A stretch of DNA of 23,336 bases from the NCBI GenBank assembly GCA_031372065.1, contig JANMKN010000195.1:1-23336 (forward strand), given 5' to 3'. The DNA is from Abditibacteriaceae bacterium (lineage in GTDB: Bacteria > Armatimonadota > Abditibacteriia > Abditibacteriales > Abditibacteriaceae). The notes under the pieces were generated by a model. It searched no databases. It worked only from the letters and a program-made list of their open reading frames with translations, and was not told the origin of the DNA. Shown here piece after piece: positions 17,292-23,336 of the stretch. The position numbers and the translations under genes were made by a program. Position 1 is the first letter of the stretch, and every line of letters begins with the position of its first letter.

Positions 17292-17419
17292 ATCCGACCT
17301 AAAAACTGTGTCCTACACACTCAAATTTGCGCTCTTGGAAAAGCCTGTCAAGTCCAAAAACACAAAAATCATCGCTTTTTTGCCTGTTTTTGACCTAAAA
17401 ACACACCTTTTTCGCTTAC

Positions 17420-17469
17420 TTTTCCCTAACAAGGGAAAACCCTATGGAAAAGTAGCCGGTTTTTCCCCA
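17420..17469. promoter_or_regulatory. Cluster of degenerate DnaA-box-like sites upstream of dciA
   Basis: TTTTCCCTA 17420-28, AAGGGAAAA 17431-39, TATGGAAAA 17443-51, TTTTCCCCA 17461-69. Confidence 0.55.
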
Positions 17470-17500
17470 TAACTTGGCTTGGTTCTTTCCGCGTTCTCGT

Positions 17501-18688
17501 TTACTCTTGTGCAGCCAAATCGCCGAGAGAAACTTTTCCCGCTTCAACGCGAAACAGTGTAGCACTAACATCTTGCAAAAATCGGGCGTCTGTCGCGGTC
17601 AAAACCGACTGCGGAAAGGCGCGCGCTTCGTTCAAAAGCCGGTTGCGCCGCGTTTCGTCCAGTTCGCTCAGGGCATCATCCAGCAGTAAAACCGGCGGTT
17701 CGCCAGTTGTGGCGCCGACCCAGTGCGCTAAGGCGATTTTCAGCGATAAAACGGCTAATCGTTGCTGTCCTTGCGAGCCAAAACGTCGCAAATCGGTGCC
17801 ATTTAGCTTGAAAACCATGTCATCGCGGTGCGGGCCGCTTTGTGTGCTGCCGCGCCGCAAATCTACGGTGTGATCGTTTTCCAAGGCCGAAGAAAACCAG
17901 CGCGTCCAGTTGCCCGAATGCGATTTATCATCGTTTTTGTCATCGTAAGCGGCTTTTGTCGCCACGCCCGCAGCATATTCGACGGTGAAAACTTCGTCGC
18001 GCCCGCTTAGTCGCGCGTGAACTTCGTGCAATAACGGCGCGAGTTCTTGTAAAAATTGCGCGCGTTGCGCCAAAATTCGCGCGCCATAGGTCACAATTTG
18101 CCTGTTCCATTCGGCCAACGTGCCGGGATTGTCCAGCGCGGCGACTTTTCGACCATAACGGCTATCGGCGATGCTTTTTAAAAGCGCGTTGCGCTGCTGC
18201 AAAGCGCGGCGATATTTGGCGGCATCGGCGAAGTGTGCCGGACGCGTTTTTCCCAATTCGAGGTTTAAAAAGCGTCGCCTCTCGCCCGGTTCGCCAGTAA
18301 TCAGCACCAAATCATGCGGAAAAAACGCCACAACTTGCAATTGGCCGAGCCACTGCGCGAGGGCCGATTGCGGCACGCCGCCAGCGCGCATTTCGCGTGA
18401 CAGCGTGTTGCCTTCCAAGCGCCAGCCGTATTCTAAAATGCGCCGCTCGTCGCGCCTATCGAGTTGCACTTCCGCTGTGATGCGCGTTTCTTTTTGCTCC
18501 CAACGCATCAGTTCGCGGTCACGTTCGACCAGCGGCGACTTCGTAGCGGCCAAAACGCAAAGCGCTTCGAGCAGATTAGTTTTCCCCTGGCCATTATCAC
18601 CCGTCAGCGCCACTAAACCGGGCGGCAATGCCACATCTTGCGTGGCGTAATTGCGAAAATTGAGCAAACGAAGCGAGCGGACAATCAT
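17501..18688 (-). CDS. recF: DNA replication/repair protein RecF
   Basis: LLNFRNY, GDNGQGKTNLLEA (Walker A), ERRRFLN, GPHRDD, GSQGQQR, PVLLLDDALSELD. Start is ATG 18688. Confidence 0.98.
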   Translation of the reverse strand: MIVRSLRLLNFRNYATQDVALPPGLVALTGDNGQGKTNLLEALCVLAATKSPLVERDRELMRWEQKETRITAEVQLDRRDERRILEYGWRLEGNTLSREMRAGGVPQSALAQWLGQLQVVAFFPHDLVLITGEPGERRRFLNLELGKTRPAHFADAAKYRRALQQRNALLKSIADSRYGRKVAALDNPGTLAEWNRQIVTYGARILAQRAQFLQELAPLLHEVHARLSGRDEVFTVEYAAGVATKAAYDDKNDDKSHSGNWTRWFSSALENDHTVDLRRGSTQSGPHRDDMVFKLNGTDLRRFGSQGQQRLAVLSLKIALAHWVGATTGEPPVLLLDDALSELDETRRNRLLNEARAFPQSVLTATDARFLQDVSATLFRVEAGKVSLGDLAAQE

Positions 18689-18692
18689 TTCA

Positions 18693-18774
18693 AATGCGGA
18701 ATGCGGAATATGGAATGCGGAATATGGAATGCGGAGTGGAAAAATTCCGCACTCTGCGTTTCGCATTCCGCACT
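18693..18774. repeat. Heptamer (AATGCGG)n hairpin, about 6+4 units
   Basis: AATGCGG AATGCGG AATATGG AATGCGG AATATGG AATGCGG ... CCGCACT CTGCGTT TCGCATT CCGCACT. Confidence 0.93.
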
Positions 18775-19546
18775 AAAATCGGATGGCGGCGATAAGTGCG
18801 GCGCCGTGTTTTTTCCATGCGGCTTCGGGGCTTTGCCACGGCAATTCGAGCGTGACAACCGGAACTTTTAGGATATTTTCGCAATAGCCACCAAAACCGC
18901 CGGGCGTTGGGTAGCCAACGCTCTCCGTGATGCGAAAATTGTTATATTTTTGCATTTCGCGCGCAAGTGGTTTGCTGCGTTCGCCGCTATACGCCATGCA
19001 ACTCAGCGGCTGATGAATGCTAACAATCTTTTTCGGCGGATATTTGGCGACCAAATTCATCATGGCGCGCGTTTCGGGTTCGGAAGCGGGCGACGGGCCG
19101 GGTTTGAATGGTTCGCCGCGCTTTGGCAATCGCCAAGTGCCGGGATAATTGCGATTGATGTCCACATCGCGCGCGTTGCGCCGCGTTTTACGCTGCAAAC
19201 CATCGGGATTCACCGCCGGCACAATGATAATTTGGCGTCCTTGCAAAATTTCGGGATGCTTGAGCAAATGCTCGCGCAAAAGTCGCGCGAGGCCGGGCGT
19301 TGATGTTTCATTGCCATGCACGCACGCGATAATCAGCGTTACATTCGGCCCATCACCAAAAACATATGCAATGAGAGGGCGTTTTTCGACGGAATAACCG
19401 AACGTTTCGGTGGTTTCGAGCGGTTTCGGCGCGATAGGCGGCTCGGCAACAGGTTCTTCGATGATAACCGGCGCATTTTCCGGCCCTTGAGCCAACAAAG
19501 GCACGGCGAGTAGGGCAGAAATCAAAAACAAACGAAGAAATTTCAT
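18773..19546 (-). CDS. Secreted M14 zinc carboxypeptidase (MpaA-like)
   Basis: Signal peptide; HGNE, NPDG, NARDVDINRNYP, SEPET, SIH, TLELP. Confidence 0.9.
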   Translation of the reverse strand: MKFLRLFLISALLAVPLLAQGPENAPVIIEEPVAEPPIAPKPLETTETFGYSVEKRPLIAYVFGDGPNVTLIIACVHGNETSTPGLARLLREHLLKHPEILQGRQIIIVPAVNPDGLQRKTRRNARDVDINRNYPGTWRLPKRGEPFKPGPSPASEPETRAMMNLVAKYPPKKIVSIHQPLSCMAYSGERSKPLAREMQKYNNFRITESVGYPTPGGFGGYCENILKVPVVTLELPWQSPEAAWKKHGAALIAAIRF

Positions 19547-19574
19547 CGGCAAAACAATTTACAAAAAACAAAGC

Positions 19575-19622
19575 GCGGAATGAGAATTCTCATTCCGCAC
19601 TCCGCACTCACGATTCCGCATT
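19575..19622. repeat. Heptamer-family element with a perfect 24-bp palindrome
   Basis: GCGGAATGAGAATTCTCATTCCGC (19575-98), then further CCGCACT/CCGCATT units up to the dnaN stop. Confidence 0.9.
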
Positions 19623-20732
19623 CTAAACGGCCATCGGCATGACAACATAGAGAAAGTCGGCATTGCCGTTTTCGCCGCCGGCTTTGAGCAAACCGGGATT
19701 CAAAGCGCCGGAAAGTTCGATGGTAATGCGGTCACTGTCCACGATGCCTAAAACTTCCATCAAATAGCGCGCGTTGAAAGCGATAGTGATGTCGCCGCCG
19801 TCCATCGAAATCGGCACTTCTTCGTAGGCGCGGCCCACATCTTGGCTTTCCGCCGTCATTTCCAGCAAATCGCCTTTGGTTTTCACAACAGCTTTCTCAG
19901 AATTTTGCTTCGCCACGATGTAAACGCGACGCACAGCGTCCAAAAGCTCGGCGCGCTCGAAAGAAATGGTTCGTTCGACGTTTTTGGGAATAACTTTTTC
20001 GTAATTGGGAAATTGCCCATCCAAAACGCGGCTGACGAGAGTGACATCGGCGGTTTCAAACTGCACTTGCGAGGCTCCGAAACGAATATGCACGTTGTCT
20101 TCGGCGGAATCTTTGAGCAAACGCTCCATTTCGGCCAGCGGTTTGGCTGGCACAATGAGCGAAATCGGCGTCGCAATTTCCTGCGCCAAAGTAGCCCGTT
20201 TCCATGCCAAACGATGCGTATCGGTGGCGACAAGCGTTAAATTGCTGCCGCGCGCTTCAAACAACACGCCCATCAAAATTGAGCGGGTTTCTTCCTTGGA
20301 GGCCGCGAATGTTGTCATGCGCAGCATATGTTTGAGCGTGGCTTGCGGCAAATCGAGTTCGGTGCCGTCTTTGACTTCGGGCACAACGGGGAAATCTTCG
20401 GCAGGCAGCGACAAAATCATATAATCGCTTTTGCCGGAGCGCACAGTGACTTTGCCGTCCTGCATTTCCAGCGTCACAGGCGCATCGGGCAATTTGCTGA
20501 CGATGTCGTTTAAAACGCCCGCAGGGATGGCTACAGCGCCGTTTTCGGCCACTTGCGCCGGAATGGTGCAGCGAATGGCCGTGTCGAGGTCTGTCGCGGT
20601 TAATTTGACGCGATCATCTTCGGTTTCCAGTAAGACATTCGACAAAATCGGTAAAGTATTGCGATGTGAAACGGCGCGGCCCGCTACGGCAAGGGCATTT
20701 GCCAGATAAGAACGCTCACAGGTGATGCGCAT
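19623..20732 (-). CDS. dnaN: DNA polymerase III beta sliding clamp
   Basis: LPILSNVLL, TATDLD, LVATDTHRL, DGQFPNYEKVIP, IAFNARYL, VVMPM. Confidence 0.99.
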   Translation of the reverse strand: MRITCERSYLANALAVAGRAVSHRNTLPILSNVLLETEDDRVKLTATDLDTAIRCTIPAQVAENGAVAIPAGVLNDIVSKLPDAPVTLEMQDGKVTVRSGKSDYMILSLPAEDFPVVPEVKDGTELDLPQATLKHMLRMTTFAASKEETRSILMGVLFEARGSNLTLVATDTHRLAWKRATLAQEIATPISLIVPAKPLAEMERLLKDSAEDNVHIRFGASQVQFETADVTLVSRVLDGQFPNYEKVIPKNVERTISFERAELLDAVRRVYIVAKQNSEKAVVKTKGDLLEMTAESQDVGRAYEEVPISMDGGDITIAFNARYLMEVLGIVDSDRITIELSGALNPGLLKAGGENGNADFLYVVMPMAV

Positions 20733-20769
20733 TGTTTGAAAAACTCCAACCTCGTGTTTTAGATTTGAG

Positions 20770-20778
20770 ATTTTAACA
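20770..20778 (-). promoter_or_regulatory. Extended -10 of a dnaN promoter
   Basis: Minus strand TGTTAAAAT about 37 nt upstream of the dnaN ATG; GGAG SD at 20744-47. Confidence 0.6.
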
Positions 20779-20815
20779 CGGCGCGCTTTTTTCGGCAGCG
20801 ATATTTTGAGGTGTC

Positions 20816-20897
20816 GTCATTTGTCAGTTGTGATCTGTCCTTTGTGTTTTCGCTTTGTGCCAACCAATGACAAAGGACGCTGGACAAAGAACCAACT
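20816..20897. repeat. Heptamer (GTCATTT)n/(ACAAAGG)n imperfect hairpin, STRR-like
   Basis: GTCATTT GTCAGTT GTGATCT GTCCTTT ... ACCAATG ACAAAGG ACGCTGG ACAAAGA ACCAACT. Confidence 0.8.
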
Positions 20898-21114
20898 ACC
20901 ATTCTCTACAAGTTCACCAAATAGCCGTAACCGCGCGTCAGTCAAAAGAGTTTTCATTTGCGACCTTCCAATCGTGCGCCGCAGTTCGGACAAAACGTTC
21001 CAGCGAATTCTGTTTTCAATTGTAAATTTCCGTCTAAGATTTCAATTGCATTTTGCTTCGCTGCAAACGATGAAATATCATCATTTAAAGCGCCGTTTTT
21101 AGCGTAAAACCAAG

Positions 21115-21400
21115 TTATCCCTATCCCTCGAATTTTTGGAGTTTTGCAGTACATAAATATATATTTATATTTTGTTATTATTATTAGGGCTGTGGAAAAG
21201 TGGATAACTCGGTTTCAAAACGCTACAATCGTTGATGGGCAAGGATTGTAGCGTTTTAAAGTTTTCCACAGCCCTGTGGAAAAATACCCCCACTTATCCC
21301 CATAATCCCTACCGCTCTAAAGTTATCCAAAGTTATCCCCACGTTTCCCCAGCCTTTTACACATCCCTTTAGGGAAAACTTTTGGGGTGTGGAATGGTGA
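21115..21400. other. oriC: oriC core: AT-rich DUE, DnaA-trios, GC spacer and DnaA-box cluster
   Basis: Minus strand reads TTATCCAC-TTTTCCACA-GCCC-TAA TAA TAA TAA CAA-AATATAAATATATATTTATG (21207 to 21152). Further boxes at 21262-70, 21275-83, 21294-302, 21322-30, 21333-41 and 21370-78. Confidence 0.93.
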
Positions 21401-21432
21401 GTGTGAAGAGCGAAAAATGAAGCGAAAAAATT

Positions 21433-21470
21433 AAAAAGGCGGCCCGAAAACTTATTTTCGGGCCGCCTTT
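21433..21470 (-). terminator. Rho-independent terminator of dnaA
   Basis: AAAGGCGGCCCGAAAA-CTTA-TTTTCGGGCCGCCTTT, with a T-tract on the minus strand. Confidence 0.88.
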
Positions 21471-21471
21471 G

Positions 21472-21502
21472 ATTCCGCATTCCGCACTCCCCATTCCGCA
21501 TT
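21472..21502. repeat. Single-arm heptamer array (CCGCATT) x4 after the dnaA stop
   Basis: ATT CCGCATT CCGCACT CCCCATT CCGCATT. Confidence 0.9.
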
Positions 21503-21505
21503 TGT

Positions 21506-23092
21506 TTAAGCGCGGGCGTGGGCGCGGCTACGGATGTCGCTGATGGTATTTTTCAGGTTGGAATCGCGCTTGACTTCGGTTTTGATTTTCTCGTAAGAAT
21601 GGATGACTGTGGTGTAATCGCGGCCAAAAGCGCGGCCAATATCGGGATAGCTCATGGCGCCCATTTCGCGTGCCAAATACATGGCGACCTGACGCGGCAG
21701 AACGATTTCCTTGTTGCGTTTTTTGCCTAAAATGTCGTCAACGGGACATTTGTATTGCTCGGCGACGACTTCGATAATGGTTTGCACATCCACTTTTACT
21801 GGTTCAGCTTCCGCAGTGGAGTAGTAACGCACGGTTTCAGCAGCCAAATCGAGGTTCACTTTGCGCCCATCGAGCGACGCCATCGCTAAAAGGCGCGTTA
21901 AAGCACCTTCGAGACTACGAATATTGGAGCGCACCTTTTCGGCGAGATATTGCAGCACATCAGGGCTGACGTAAACGCCTTCGACTTGGGCGCGCTTTTG
22001 CAAAATGGCAATGCGATGCTCCAAATCGGGCGGCTCAACATAAGAAATCAAACCCCATTCAAAGCGCGAAACAAGGCGGCTTTCGGTGAGTTGCAGGTCT
22101 TTGGGCGGCTTGTCCGAGCAAATGACAATTTGCTTGCCTTGGTCGTAAAGCGTGTTGAAAATGTGAAAAAATTCGACTTCGGTGCGCTCGGCGTTGCAAA
22201 TGTATTGAATATCGTCAACCAGCCAGATATCCACGTTGCGATACATACGGCGAAATGCCGTCATGCGGTCTTCGCGGATGCAGCGCACCACTTGATACAA
22301 GAAATTTTCGCCCGAAACATAGACAATTTCGGCGGGATTGCCGCGACTTTTGTTGACATGATGCCCGATAGCTTGCATCAAATGCGTTTTTCCTAATCCA
22401 ACGCCGCCATAAATGAAAAGTGGGTTGTATTGGCCTTTAGCGGGCGCGTTAGCCACGGCCCACGCCGCCGCGTGGCTGATGTAGTTACTACGCCCGACGA
22501 TAAAATTGTCGAAAGTGTATTTGCGATTGAGCGGCGACGACGAAAAATCTTCGAGATCAGCCAAATCGCGCGAACGGCGTGGTGCGGGAGTCGTCGGGCG
22601 GGCTGAGGGCAGCGAAAACGCTTCGGCGGGCGCCGCTTCTTCTACTTCTTGCAGTTGGGCTGCTTGCTCCTCAACAGAAGTCAAAGCCGGCCCTTCGTCC
22701 GCAGGAGCGCTGGTTTTATCGTCGGGGCCAGTGCGGAACACCAAAATCACAGGATGACCAAGAAATTGTTCGAGCGTTTCTTCGATGCGTTTAGCAAAAC
22801 GTCGCACCAGCCAGTCTTTGACGAATTCGGATGGCACACCTAAGGTGTAGTTTTGTCCGGTTAAATCCAATGGCTTAATGTGGCGCAAATAATTGTTGTA
22901 AGCCGGTGCGGAAAGCTCGGCCTGTAAAACATCCATCACTTCAGCCCACGCGGCCTCAAGAATGGAACTTGGCCCCTGTGCGCCCACTTGACCACCTTGT
23001 GCGCCACGCTGTGGTGCGGACTGGAGATTTTCGCCGGAAGGCGCCGAAACGGCGGGTATGAAATGCGATTTATCGAATGATCTTTCGTGCAT
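21506..23092 (-). CDS. dnaA: Chromosomal replication initiator DnaA
   Basis: YTFDNFIVG, YNPLFIYGGVGLGKTHL, LVDDIQ, SRFEWGL, NIRSLEGAL, PRQVAMYLAR, GRDYTTV. There is a low-complexity N-terminal extension, so the exact start is uncertain. Confidence 0.99.
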   Translation of the reverse strand: MHERSFDKSHFIPAVSAPSGENLQSAPQRGAQGGQVGAQGPSSILEAAWAEVMDVLQAELSAPAYNNYLRHIKPLDLTGQNYTLGVPSEFVKDWLVRRFAKRIEETLEQFLGHPVILVFRTGPDDKTSAPADEGPALTSVEEQAAQLQEVEEAAPAEAFSLPSARPTTPAPRRSRDLADLEDFSSSPLNRKYTFDNFIVGRSNYISHAAAWAVANAPAKGQYNPLFIYGGVGLGKTHLMQAIGHHVNKSRGNPAEIVYVSGENFLYQVVRCIREDRMTAFRRMYRNVDIWLVDDIQYICNAERTEVEFFHIFNTLYDQGKQIVICSDKPPKDLQLTESRLVSRFEWGLISYVEPPDLEHRIAILQKRAQVEGVYVSPDVLQYLAEKVRSNIRSLEGALTRLLAMASLDGRKVNLDLAAETVRYYSTAEAEPVKVDVQTIIEVVAEQYKCPVDDILGKKRNKEIVLPRQVAMYLAREMGAMSYPDIGRAFGRDYTTVIHSYEKIKTEVKRDSNLKNTISDIRSRAHARA

Positions 23093-23237
23093 CGGCGAAA
23101 TTCTTATGTGTTCTTAAACAGAACCAAGAACAAGCAATTTGGTTGAAAAAGAGTTTTTTGCGTCAAAAAAACCGAAAAAGGCCTCAAAAAGTCTGCAAAA
23201 TGCTCTGATTTCCCATAGTATATTTGCTTTTTCGCAC

Positions 23238-23269
23238 TTTTCCATAGGTTTTTCCATAGGTGTGGAAAA
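23238..23269. promoter_or_regulatory. DnaA-box cluster upstream of dnaA
   Basis: TTTTCCATA at 23238-46 and 23250-58 (12-bp direct repeat); TGTGGAAAA at 23261-69. Confidence 0.75.
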
Positions 23270-23336
23270 GTGGTGAACCAACTTATCGCCGTTTGATAGC
23301 TCAAAGGCGCGGGCAGGAACAGATTGTGGTTTAAAC

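Noticed and set aside
20806..21154. ORFs of 98 and 66 aa between dnaN and oriC
   Set aside because: No recognisable motifs; they overlap repeats and origin sequence.
1..23336. parS sites, tRNA or rRNA genes
   Set aside because: No TGTTTCACGTGAAACA-like palindrome, cloverleaf or rRNA signature noticed by eye; a covariance-model scan would be needed to exclude them.

Overview
A bacterial chromosome segment containing the replication origin. The right end carries dnaA, an oriC region (DnaA boxes, GC spacer, DnaA-trios, AT-rich unwinding element), dnaN, an inserted M14 peptidase, recF, a dciA/DUF721-like gene and serS, all on the minus strand; gyrBA is absent. A tightly packed seven-gene minus-strand cluster follows: CBS+DUF1385 fusion, an ArgRS homolog lacking its HIGH and KMSK motifs, a PfkB kinase, a membrane protein, rpe, a Zn-ribbon membrane protein and a BON-like protein. 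Further left are a CheY-like receiver, a GspF/PilC-domain + ClpX-Zn-finger fusion, efp, a YtxH/LEA-like protein, pyrF, a metallophosphoesterase, DUF1080 and VWA proteins, and a decayed integron integrase. Intergenic gaps hold several families of heptamer tandem-repeat hairpins and one 21-bp-period palindrome array. Gene content suggests Abditibacteriota/Armatimonadota, which is an unverified impression. The strongest novelty candidate is the intact but catalytically degenerate ArgRS paralog coupled to CBS-DUF1385. All family calls come from motif recognition by eye; no searches were run.
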